From Leucoraja ocellata (taxonomy: Eukaryota): a stretch of DNA of 64,000 nt. The notes below the pieces were generated by a model that was given only the letters and a program-made list of their open reading frames with translations, had not been told where the DNA came from and did no database searches. The stretch spans positions 1,054,001 to 1,118,000 of the forward strand of contig JAWMAR010000146.1 in NCBI GenBank assembly GCA_036785375.1. The letters run 5' to 3'. The stretch's first letter is position 1, and each line of letters opens with the position of its first letter. A program made the position numbers and the translations under genes. This document shows positions 51,339 through 64,000 of the stretch, piece by piece.

Positions 51339-52779
51339 CTGTCAATTGAAACCTATCAGTGAGATTGGGTGTCGAGCAGAACTAGACTCCAAGAATACAT
51401 GCAAAAAATTCACTTCCATTAAGAAAGGCATTAGTCTGATTAAGATGCAATACAGATTTCAATCAAGAAATATTAGAAAGTCCACCACATTGGTTCAACA
51501 TTCCAGACAGACAGACAGGGTAAAGGTTAACAAGTGAAAATGTTGACTTTGTTTGTTTAAGGGAACAATTTATGCAGCTGGCACTGGCAATTCATTTTGT
51601 CCACTCCAGAAACCCTGAATGTAGAGCTATGAAGAATTGGCGTAGGAGCCTAGTGATCTTGGATGGCTCCGCAGCAGATGGCTCCAGGAATTGTGTTTAG
51701 GAGTAACATTTGGGATCAATAATATTGTTTTTCTGTCCTATCTTTATAAATTATATGTGATGATGCCCTGGTTCAGATTCATCTTTAGTTACAGACACTC
51801 ATAGTTCTCCATAAAAAGATCACGTGGGAACATATCTGACAAAGAGTTTGGTTTCACATATCTAAAATTTCAGTATATTTACAAACCACACATTTAAATG
51901 CGTTCATAACTAATAATGCAAATAAAAGGTTATTTTTAACTTTATAAGATCAAAACATTGTTACATCTGCTTGAAGTGTATTATAATACTATAATTAGAA
52001 CTGCTGGTCGTTTATCAATCGTAGAAAAGTGGAATATTAGCAGATACTGAATGATGCTCATTGTACTCTCATGAAAACTATATTTGGTTTCTTGAACAAA
52101 TTTCAATACTTTGGCTGAGTTTTAAATTTAATTATCTGCAGGCAAGTTTCTGAAGAGGCTCTTTATCTCCATATCCAACAATTCATCGGTTCTTACCTGA
52201 TCTTTACTCAGTAATTTTATCCACTTAATATTAATATGGAGGAATATAACATATTTAAGATTCAGAGGGAGCAAAAGATTTATTTCTAGATTCTGATGCG
52301 TTTAATAATACCAGGAGATCTAAATAATTCCCATTTCAAAAGAAGTTCATGCCTTTGGAAAGCTTAAGCAGAAACCATGGTATAGTCAAAAAAAAAGCTC
52401 CACTAATTTTGTACCATTTTGAGTAGATTAGATTCATAGACTTGTTATGCCAAAAAAACCCATCAGATCTGTGGTGGATATTTACAAAGCATCTAGTCAG
52501 TCCTGTTTAACCACCTTTAGCTCTATTTTTGTGTAGACCATTAAATGTTTATTCAGTTTGCTTTTGAAAGCCACAGTCAAATCTGAATCAATGGTTCAAT
52601 GGCATTCAATTGTGATGTGTACCTAAGTACGGTGAAATTATTTTATTTGCATACAGTCAGTGACAATTCTAGTATACAGTAGGCACAATTATGCTAAGTA
52701 TAAGAGTGTAAGACTGTAGACCACACTGAGTCAGTACACAAGAGTCATCACATTTTAGATGCCATCTTGTACCATTTCA

Positions 52780-53520
52780 AGTCCACCACATTTTCTGGTT
52801 CTGCCTTCCAGTTTTTCCACACAACACTTTAGATCTTTTATCCTTCACTATAAATCTGTGAATTCTGGCCCCTCCACTGAAGGGAACAGTTATTCCAATT
52901 ATTACCTATTATTTTAACATTATTATTTTGTTCATCTCTACCAAATCTCCTCAAATGCTTTTTTGTGTCAAGAAACATAATCTCCGTTTTGCTAATCTAT
53001 TCTTAAACCTGCATCCCTCAAATTATTCTGGTAAATCTTAATGTCCACCTTGGCTAGGACCTGAGAATCAGTCATGTATGGTGAACAAAACTGGATGAAA
53101 TACTTTGATTGTGGCTTAAGATGTGTTTAGAAACACTCCATATAATCTCTACACTTTTGTGCTCTGTACTTATGTTTATAATCCCTAAGATCTCATTTGT
53201 TTTATTAACTGATTTCTCAACCTGCTTTCCTACCTTTAAAGATCTGTGGACGTAAAATCCCAGGTCCATGTATTCCGTTCTGCAATATACCCTTTGTTGA
53301 TTTGTTTTTTTACTCATTCTTTTTGCCAGAATGCATAATTTCATTCTTTCTCCACTGCCACCTGCCTCTTATCTGCACATTGTACTTGCCTGTTGTGTTC
53401 TCTCGAAACCTACCACCATCTTCTGCTATCTCTACACATGTCTATGTTTCGTGTCAACCACAAATCTTGAAATCTTAACTTGTGCACACGTCTTCATTGT
53501 TTATATCGATCAAAAACAAC
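52780..53520 (-). mobile_element. Old CR1 LINE fragment
   Basis: DLGFYVHRSLKVGKQVEKSVNKTNEILGIINISTEHKS in ORF 53072-53344. Confidence 0.8.
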
Positions 53521-53596
53521 AGTCCACTCTCTACCTATTTCCTGCCAGGAAGTCAACAGTCTTTTGTCCATTATGACTATGCTAACCATTCATTCT

Positions 53597-53902
53597 AGTT
53601 TAAGTTTAGTTTAGAGATACAGTGCAGAAACAGGCTCTTTGACCCACCGAGTCCGTGCAGACCAGCGATCCCCATACACTAATACTATCCTACACTAGGG
53701 ACAATTTACAATCTTTACCAAAGCCAAGTAACATACAAACCTACACATCTTTGGAGTGCGGGAGGAAACTGGAGCACCCCAGTGGAAACCCACGCGGTCA
53801 CAGAGAGAATGTACAAGCTCCGTACAGACAGCACCCAAGCCAGGATCAAACCCATATCTCTGGTGCTGTAATGCAGCAACTCTACTGCTGTGCCACCTTG
53901 CC
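53597..53902 (-). mobile_element. Full-length HE1/V-SINE
   Basis: 5' ggcaaggtggcacagcagtagagttgctgc; B-box gggtttgatcc; V-domain; CR1-like tail gcctgtttctgcactgtatctctaactaaac. Confidence 0.92.
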
Positions 53903-54415
53903 ACTCTAAATCTATATACTTGCACTTAGTCCATTGCCTACCATCCCTTGGTGATTCAAGTACTACATTTATTATGTCTCTGCTAAGATGTTATATCGAT
54001 GATGTACCTAGACTTCAGTTTTTCGAATCAGACTTATATGTGGTACTTTATCAAACACCTCTGAAAATCCATCTACCTCATCCCCTTCATCTTCAACAAA
54101 TTTATGCTAGTTTTCTTCACGAATTTGTGGCTGTTATTTTTTCTCTTTGATTATTACATCTAACAACTTTCCCACCATAAAGGTAAGCTGATCAAACTCT
54201 GGTTGCTGTGTATAATTCTTCACTCCATTTTTATGAGAGTGGATATATATGGCATTCTCCCCTTCCCTCTATCTAGAGAGGATTGGAAGATTAAGAACAG
54301 TCCTTCTGTGATATCCACTCCAACATTTCTCAACTGGATGTATCCTTTTCAGATATTCCCTTCAAGCACAGCCAGTCATCTCAGTGCATCCCCCTTATTA
54401 TTAGTCTTCACATTC

Positions 54416-54667
54416 ATTATCTTTCTTCTGCATGGTATGACAACATCTTTATTTTTGACAACGACCAATGCAATAGACTCATGGAGCATATCCTGGTGGA
54501 TTTGACCAGCTGCCCAAACTCCCCACAAAGGCACCTGCCTGCCCATATCTGGGAGGCATGGGCAGGGTGTAGGGAGATCTCACAAGCAGAGACTCCAAGC
54601 AGCTCATATCATAGGTCCTGCCTATTATCTTTCTTCTGCATGGTATGACAACATCTTTATTTTTGAC
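54416..54667. repeat. Exact 44-bp direct repeat flanking a 164-bp GC-richer insert
   Basis: attatctttcttctgcatggtatgacaacatctttatttttgac at 54416-54459 and 54624-54667. Confidence 0.9.
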
Positions 54668-56739
54668 CCCAATAATGACTTGGCAGTCGCTGTCTACAAG
54701 TAATGCTCAGGATGGCAGCTTGGGTAGCCTTGAGTGTGTGTGAGTCTAAAGCACAAGTCTAGTGTTCAACCATAAGACAATCATAGCCAAGCTCAGTTTT
54801 TTTAGATTTCACCTTCCCTGATCAATTTCACTCATTTGAATGGGATAGTTCCATGTATATATATATTATGAATTGGGAGGGAGGGCCATTCAAAAACAAA
54901 TTCATCTTTAGAATACCCATATTCTTTTTTCTGTCAACACAGGGTAGTGACAGGCTTAACACAACCACAGACTTGCATGAGCCAAAGGGATCAATAAACA
55001 ATAACATAAAGCCCTAACATACAGATAAAATACAACATTTGTACATCACATGCTAACGCTACAATGAAAACAAAAATGTAGCTAATGATTTTCTTTTGGA
55101 ATCAAATAAAATCCAGCATTTCCTCCCAAAAACCCTCTGAATTAATCCTTCAAATAAGTTACAATGTGATCTCTGTGAATGAGATTCTCATTTCTCAACA
55201 GAGAGAAAATGAGATCCAATTTCAAAAACTCTAGAAACGTGATCTAATCAATAATGTTGAGTTAATACAAGGAAGTGATAAGGGGAAATATATTTGCACA
55301 TTATACTTTCAATTAATTTCAAATTCCAATAATTAATAATATTATAATATGTAAGATATTTAAAGAAATGCTTAGGCAAATCTAGATCCACAATGTCAGC
55401 ATAATGACAATTTTCTTTCTGGTTAAAACCAATTTGAACATTTTGTCTCATTCACTGCATTTTTTTCTTTAATTAAAACTCCTTATCTATTACATGCAAG
55501 TGAAACTAATTACAAAATTATTAGAAACTAAATGGACTCCTACTCTTGACATTAGAATACTGATTTTGTACTGGGGTCACCCGCAAAATCTGCTGCTGTA
55601 ACTTCAAGTAGTTTTAATAATTTATCGCCAGTATATCTTGTACTTAACAAAAAAAAGAATTGAGTACGTTAAGTCCCCAATCCAAGTTTGGCTGCTTTAA
55701 GCACAATTTTCAAATATCTCCGTGTCTTTATCAGCATTTTAATCTGCTGTCTTTAATCTTTATACTCAAGCGTAAATCATACTACAGAACTCAGCTGCAT
55801 TTTACAAGGGCTTGAAAGAATTGTTTATTAGAATCACAATCACCAGTGTATTGAGGAACAGGAATGATTTGTGGCAATGGCAGGTGAGTTTCCCTGGAGG
55901 TTGCACAAAACAACATCTAAATTGTTCCGTGATTAAAGAGGCAGGCCACATGAAGTTGGACAAGACAGGCCAAAATAAAGTTGCCATTTATTTTCCATAT
56001 TCTACATGTTCTGCACTTGCAGCTCAGATCTATTTTTACTTTCTTCAGTTGACTGAGATTTTAAAATTACCAAGTTATCCAAGAGCCATGGCCATGCACT
56101 GGGCCAGATCTTTCAGCACTCCATGTGCCAATTTGCTTTTAACTTCATTCACAAATCTTGACCACCTATATTTAAGTGTGGATTAAACTGCTCTGTAAAT
56201 TGGATCACATGGTAGTCTGCAAGTTATACATGCAGAGTTGGCAAGATTTTAATCTGCAGGCAACTCTGAATTGACACCAATACTAATAAACTGGGAAGCT
56301 GTGGCTCTGCTAATACTACACACTGAACCCTGCTGACCCCTTGACAAACTATTGGCATTTACCCGTGGTAAATGCAAGCAGATTCTGGACCTTCAAACAC
56401 ATATGCTTGAATACGGAAGTCCCAAACTAGCAAACAGATTCTTCACAGTGAATTTGTTAGCACATTCTGTCACTGGACTCCACGTGGAAACCACCAACAA
56501 AACACAAATGTCACTGAGAGTCCCTTGCATGCTTCAACTGAAATGTTACAGCTCCTGGGAAGAAAGTTAACAATGAGGCGATACTCTTTCAATAATTATT
56601 GATGTGTGATTTGATACTTACATTATTTTAAAATGTTTTCCAGTAATTTTATATACAGTTTAGAAATGTTTTAATCACTTATTTCACATTTATTAGTTGC
56701 TGAATGGTTTTGGGCATTCAGAAGTTTTTGAAAAACTTT

Positions 56740-57990
56740 TTGATTGATAACAAAGTAGGAGCAGTGTTGTGAATTCGGACAACTCATGTGACTATATTAC
56801 ATTGGGTTTGGATGGGGCCTTGTTGATCTGAGTCATAGAGTTTTACAGGGTGGGAACTATCCAGAACACAGCCTACTTGATATGTGCTCCATTCATCACC
56901 TTCAATTCTCCCTCTCCACAAAAATGGCACAATATGGCTGCAGTGGATGATCAAATAGTGGGACAAGAGGAATGCGGGATATGAGAAGGTGTGATATGGG
57001 ATGTGAAGAACAGGTATGGATATGTCATCCTCTTCAGAGTTCCCCATAACACTGCTGGCTATAGGCTCATTGATGGTCACAATATATTTCAAGTGATGGA
57101 AATGGCTGTGCCCCTTGCCAGTCTGCAAGTGATAGAGGGATTGTGTTGGTGGGTACAGTGCAATGGGTCTGAGAGATTAGCCTGGTATTTGTTAAATTAC
57201 GGACAATGTGTGGAAATTGTGAATTGTGGGTATAATGCTTGGAGAAGTGTGGTAAGCAGGTGAGGATACGGTGCAGTATCTAAATGTCAGGTAAGATTGT
57301 CACCTTGATGAAATTTATTGGGAGGTGAAGGAAGCATGGAGGGAGGCATTTGTTTTGTGAGATAAGCTAGAGGCACATTGTTCCTGAAACAGACCTTAAG
57401 TGTGATCTCCTCCCATCGTTCACAACAGTTAGCTTCCTTTCTCTTTCTCCTCACCTCAGCCACTGAAGCACCTACAGCAGTTCACAAACTGGGATATCCA
57501 TTCTCATCAATGGCCTCCACCAACCTCCCCTTACATGGAGGATAACTTGCACTGAACATTGCAGGGTATAATACCTCCCTTTCAGAGATGCAGGAATGGC
57601 TCCATCAGAGAAGGCTTGAAACAACTGATGTTTTCCTCACACAAAATATGGTCCCATGTATGTCCACCGGAGCACCAAACTGTCTCATATCTGAAAAGGC
57701 TGGGAGAGCAAATTGCAAATGCAGCCAGTACCTAGATATAGGACATACAGTAGCTTTATATACATTGCGATCCCAATGCATGTATTCTAGTGGTGTTCAT
57801 TGATACTTCCATCTTTCCCTCTGGAGACTACAATGCTACCCTGTACATGAGAGAGTTAAATGGTAGTCAAAATTCCTGCCATACTTCTCCTGTACTCACA
57901 GGACACTGGTTCGGTCCATTTTTTGCACAAAGGAACATAATAGTAAACAACCAAGTGGAAGTCATCATTTAACATGCCACTCAGCTCGGG
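56740..57990. mobile_element. Cluster of ancient LINE/Penelope fragments
   Basis: Decayed coding-like sequence; Penelope-like YIG..GRAN region near 57560-57730. Confidence 0.35.
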
Positions 57991-60900
57991 CTGCCTCAGC
58001 TACTTTTTATTTGCCTCTTCCATTATGTCCAGCAAAATATGAAATAATAAATATGAAATAAATGATATGCACAATCATTTCTATGTGAATTGACAGAATT
58101 AAATAGCTCTAAAGCACTCCTTGTTTGATCCCCTAGCTTACTCAGTGCCACTTTCACATCAATGTACTGTAGGTACCATGACAAATGTGTAATTTTATGT
58201 ATTACCTATACTTGTTATTTAGAATGCATTATATTAGGTTTTCCAATGAGACCAAAGTATTTTAATGCTCTTGTGCTCTTAACACATTGAAAAGCTATAC
58301 ATCATTGAATACTTAACATAGGTATTCTCTACCATGGAGTCATTTCATTCTTTTTTTTTTAAGTACTACCAAGGGGTGTTATAATACTGAGCAACATTAA
58401 CGAGTCACTAAGCATGGATATACACATATTAAATGCACTTTTACATTGTAGTTAGTACCTGGTTAAGGAAAAATGCTGGATCATGATGGAACAAGGGATT
58501 TACTTATGCTCACTGCAATTCTGAATTGCATAGCAATACCAACATACTTAAAAATCATCTATTTTAATAATGACCATACAGTGTCACAGTCTCAAGAAAC
58601 ACTAAGTAAATTTGGGTGATTTGTTCTCAAGAAAGGACAACAAAAATTGATAGGTTTTGTTTGGAATGTTAGGCGGGACAGGAAATCAATAAACTTAAAC
58701 AAGCCTGAGTTTCCATGGGTTGTCAGTATTTTGACTGCAATTTCCTTTCTCATTTCCTTTAGATGAAGCATATGTGGAATGTGACCCAACTTCCTCACTC
58801 TATCTATACATTCAGCCTTCACCTTGGCAGTCCTGTGATTTGTCTTTATGTCAAACTGTCAATCATAGCCCAGGACACAATGAGAACATGGTGCCTTCAG
58901 GATCCTGAATGCATCACACTTCCTTACACTCCCATAAAGTTCCCTGCTGGGGGAAGAGCTATCTTACATTGGTGTGGTTTTCTATTCACCATATTATCAT
59001 TACAGCATCCTTTGAGAGGCCATCACGTCCATCAAGCACCACACTTTAAAGGAAAAATGCAACCCAACAATGCTAAACCATAGTGTAAATCAGATTATTC
59101 TTGATAGATATGTTCTTTTTCAGCCTTGAAGCATTCAAGCCAGAGGAACGTTCATGCTAATTTGTCAAATGGACGGACATGACTGATAAATCATATTACA
59201 ACCAAAAGTAATCATAGAAGTATAAGACTTAGTCTGGTTGATCATGCTCACTACAACTTGGCTCAACTCTACAACATATCTGTTGTGGTAGATTTGTGCT
59301 GTTACAGATGCTCTCTGTGGGATACATTGGAGGAGGAAGTTGGTGGTATGTCAATTTTGTACAACCAATTCTATTTTATTCTATCATCATTTTGTCAACC
59401 AAACAGAGTGAAATTTACCCAATCATTGCTTATCTTGAATATCACAAATTGCTGGACTTCACTTCAACTACAACCTATCAACTATCAGGTTTCACTAAGA
59501 CATTACGTATTGTATTCAGCAGCATAACAATTCCAGTTTGAAGGATAACTTATTTGAAAATGGTTTCCTTACCAAGCTGAAGGGTTGTCAGTCAAATTTT
59601 ATTTTGTGAATGCCAATTTTATGCGAATTAACAGAATTTGCTAAATACAAATGTAGATTACTAATGCTAAACATAGATTATACCTTAACATGCTGACTGG
59701 AGTGCCCATCTTAGGTTGATTCTGGTTTCATCCATACAGAATTTTGAAGATCAATTTAATGGAAGGACTATTGGACCACCCTCAGCTTTGGGGACTTTAT
59801 TTTGTCATTTGCAAAGTGAATAATACCAGAAAACTGGAACTGTTCCAAATGCATGAATTATATTCATATAAGACTTGCACTTAGGTACTAAAGACAATTT
59901 CAGCCCTCACAATACAAAGTAAAGGTTAGACTTATTCAGCAACACTTAGAAATCAGCCATGTGGAGGGAAAATGGATTTTGATGATTATCTTTAGAAATA
60001 TCAAAGCAATAAGGGGGAAAGAAGGGTTTCTATTTTAATGAATGCATTCACCCTGTGCTTGTAATATGTAGCTCCACGTATATACTAACACGACATTTCT
60101 AACAGACAACAGGTACATTGTTAACATCTTAAATTGTTCGATCAATTTTTTCAAAATGTTATGCTCAATTTGTAGCTAGAATACAGTAACTTCACTGTTT
60201 TACAAATGCTAGTTTGTGGTGTAAATGCAATTTGCTCACTTGATACCTTATGATTTTTAATGTGCTGCTATTCATTTCGAATCGTTACAATTGCTCATTA
60301 ACCTGACTGGCTAATTAACTATATATACAGACAGAGCAAGCAATGTACTGATTTTGCTTGTTGCTGTTCCGATGAGTGCAGCAGACCCATTTTGTATGCT
60401 CTAATTAGTTATAGATAGACACTGCAACAAGCTGCCACCAACTACCTCATGCTGCTTGATTAACGGCCATGCCACAGATGTCAGACAGAGACCATGACTG
60501 TAGATTCACATCAAGATTCAGACTTCCTTTATACTGACAGATGAAAGAAATCCAAGTAGTTAGAAAACTATAAGCCATGTCCTCTCTTTCTCCATGCATT
60601 CTGCCACGTTTGCATCACTTTGAAAAGAAACCTTCAGTTTCAGCAGAGGCTAATATACCTGCATACAAAAGCATTAAATTACCCCTAATGTTTGCCACAA
60701 GTTAATAGACTGACCCCACATACATTCACTTAGATGCCTAGATAGGGTACTCTCAAAATTTTATTTGTTCAATTGACTTTTTCCTGCCATATTATGTTTT
60801 GTAAAGCATTACTCTCCGGTATTAGTGGCTCTGTGATGCTTGGTGTTTTTAAACTTAGAAATTACAGGGTGAAAGATTAGCAAATACATCTATGCTCAAA

Positions 60901-63900
60901 GAGTATCTACGGATTTCAGAACAACATTATTTGATTAAAGCTGAACGATACATGGAATCTTGAGTTCTGCTTCTTGTAAACAAAATTACTTCATTCAAAT
61001 GAAATGACTGTGGAAGAAGTAATGAGTGGAGCCAGTTTATCCCACTACTGGCTTGACAGAGCTTTGCTGTCCACAATTCAACTGTAGAAAATGTTCAGGA
61101 TTTCCTTGGAACACAAGCCACTTAACAATGCCACAAAAGAGCATATGGTCAAATGATATCATACCGCAGAAATATAAATCACTATGCAGGCCGCAACAAC
61201 AAAGGGAAAAAGTTATACAACTGATGTTATTTATATTAAGGGTCACCACCTATTAAAATATCTGGTGTTAAAACTTGAACTTGGATTTCCCATCAATTTT
61301 TGTTTTCACTTTTCTTGGCTCATACGCTCATACTTATTTTGTTGATTTATTCTGACCTTAACTCTATTTATATTCAATTTATTTGTTTGCTGTGTAAGTG
61401 CAAAGTAATAAGTTTCTAACACTATAAAGTAGATAAGGAATAAAAGTTTTTTTCTAAATTCACATCTCTTGAACACTACATACAATCCAAGCTTCTATAC
61501 CCAATTAATTCATGTTCACGTTACCTTCAAGTTCATAAACTATAATTCTGAATAATATATATAAATAGTAACTATTGCAATTATTTATTCATAAAAGTGA
61601 TTTCTAGTTTTTCTTTTTTTGTTCTTTACTTATTTTAGTTTGCGCTGGCATAATAGATGATGATACATATTTAAAATGTACCACATTACAGTCTTTTCAA
61701 TTAAAACTCATTCTTGGCACAGTGCAATCTTATATTTCATGCTGGATCTGTTAATGTTACTTCAGGCATATTACAAAACCACCAACCACTTTATATTAGT
61801 AACTTACATTTATTTCTAAACTATACAGTCCAAATAATTTGATAAGAGCACTTGTTGTTTCAGTAATTTGTTCAAGGGGCATGAGCGTGTGTTGTTACTT
61901 GTGATGGGTTCAAGTTAATAAAAACATGGAAAATGCAGAACTGATTGGTGCTTGGTTTCGACAGCTTAAAAGTACAAACGATGCTTACTACTTAAGGTGA
62001 AATTATCAATGTGTAAATTATATTGTATTATGATTATTCCAAATCTAGACACAGTAGACATTTTCAGTATTGTATTTCAATAAATCATGGCTAATGCAAA
62101 GAATGAAAATTGTGTTGTAAGAAATAGATGAAGAGTATTTCAGTCTATTAAACAATCTTTAAACTTGAATTTGGATTGGTTCTAATAATGTTTCACTGAG
62201 GGTATGGAAAGGAGCATAGTATTTCCTTACATTTCTGTATTTATTGGTTATATGTTGTTTTGTTTTTACCATGTGTAATACAGACTTGCCCTAGACATGA
62301 CAAAACAGTAGTTCTCATCAGACACCTAATTTATTACAGTCTGAGGTCTTGCTTCCATGAATCAATTCTGCTGTGGTTGTGAAACATGATTTTGTTTTGG
62401 GGGTTAAACCTATCATAACACCAGAGCTCTCAATGACAAGGTTGCATTGCATTTGATGTTTAGAATCATTTTCTAGAAGAATTTGATTGTGCATAAAATC
62501 ACAGCAGATAAGAAGAGAACATGATCAAAAGAGCTACCAACATGTGAAGCTGCTTCTGATGATATTCACAAACCAGTTCAAAAAATGCTTATGCTTCCTA
62601 GAAAGCATAAGCAAAAGAAGCATGGTTCCGAAACAGGATGCATCCATCAATATAAAAATTAAGTTTCAAATCAGGGAGTTGTTGGTAGAGAATGGAGAAG
62701 AGTTGAGAGAAATTATGAATAAAATACACTCAACAAACTTAGATTACTGCTTCAGGGCTAATTTACAATCATTGCAGAATCATACCTGTGTGACTAATAG
62801 AGAGGTAGTGTGCCAGAATTACCTCATTTATTCAGCTAAACTTCTCTTTTAAAAAACATTGACCATGTGCAACTTTGGCTAAGTTTGGTCTCACCTCTCT
62901 TGCATCGGTGTTATCGGTAATATCCACTTGTGGAGATCAATATATCATACATGAAACTTTAGATACACTTTAGATAGTTTCATTTTGAAAAGCTAGCTGT
63001 TTTAAAGGCAATTTAACTAAAAATATTAAAAGGGAGATTTGAAAAGAATCACTACAAATAAATATGACAAAAAAGGATGGAGTAGCAAAACCACTAATTA
63101 TTACGTTGTGGTTTTTGTGGTGGTGTTCAGATATTTAAAAATGAGCACTTGAGGTTAATCTGGCAAAGATACATTGTTTGAGCAATAATGGACATACAGT
63201 ATGCATGCACTTTATTGCAAACGTAATGTTGAAGCCATCAAATTGTCATGGATGATGCTTTCTCAATTAACCATGGCAGTGCCCATCAAGTCTGCTATTC
63301 TATTCAATCATATTTTAAAGAGCATTTGCGCTGTAGACATTTAGCTAAATGTTGATTTATTGTGGAATGCTGTACTAAATAGTGTAATGCTTAAACCAAT
63401 CTTGCCTCTCAGTGCTAAAGTCAGATAAGAGCAGGTGCGAGCAGTGAAGGGGAGTTGTCTCAGCACTGCTTAGAATTAGTCCAATTTCACAAGCTATACC
63501 TAAATCTTATTTTCCAACCACTAGAGGTTTGTGACAAATTCCATCAAGGAACAAAGTAATTGATAGGAATTTCAAATAATCTAGAACAAATTCAAAGATG
63601 CCTGTTATAGGATCATTGCATTGTACAGCACAGAATTGAACCCTTCAGTTCACCACATCTATGACAACTGTAGTACCTATCTATACTAATTCCACTTGCC
63701 TGCATTGGATATCAGATATCTCCCAGTCTTCCAGCCCTCCACTATTATTTTACATGATGATCCTACAATCAAGGTTGTCTGAGGACACATTTTTGTGCAT
63801 TAAGTTGACAATGTAGGTGAAAGATGAAGGCTATGCCGTGCAGTGATTCAGTCATATGTCTTTTTCTCTAACTCTTCCAATAACACCAATGTTTACTCTG

Positions 63901-64000
63901 GAGGAGATGAGCGTTGAGGTCTTAAATTGTTTGAAAATTCTGTGCAATTATTGGCCATCGTTGATAAATCATCAGTATACCTGCTTACATTTACTTCTAT

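Larger units (their letters stand above)
51339..64000 (-). other. NFIB: NFIB intron upstream of the cassette exon (preceding exon lies outside the window)
   Basis: I looked for the expected ...RYVGLSPRDPSFLHQQQ exon and did not find it. Confidence 0.65.

Noticed and set aside
55800-55890. Plus-strand consensus donor CAG|GTGAGT within ORF 55812-56186
   Set aside because: There is no recognisable product or partner exon, and it is antisense to NFIB.
60430-60450. let-7-like sequence TGAGGTAGTTGGT on the minus strand
   Set aside because: The match breaks after 13 nt and no complementary star arm or hairpin is evident.

Overview
This is eukaryotic, AT-rich vertebrate DNA. The repeat set (HER1-type CR1 LINEs, HE1/V-SINEs, Rex1/Babar, Penelope) points to a cartilaginous fish, probably a skate or ray; that assignment is inferred. 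The window holds the 3' end of the transcription factor gene NFIB on the minus strand. An 89-nt cassette exon (51250-51338) is followed by a 40.5-kb intron and a terminal exon starting at 10782. That exon is readable in two frames (SWYLG* or a 43-aa alternative tail) and carries a ~7.5-kb, nearly transposon-free 3' UTR ending at a poly(A) site near 3277-3298. None of the supplied ORFs captures these exons; most listed ORFs are LINE reverse-transcriptase fragments or noise. The introns hold many retroposons, two MITEs, a solo LTR, a four-layer nested insertion and Penelope-derived hammerhead-like motifs. No prokaryotic-type system (CRISPR, operon, defence island) is present. Repeat boundaries are approximate unless a TSD or TIR is given. 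Homology calls come from recognition, not database searches.
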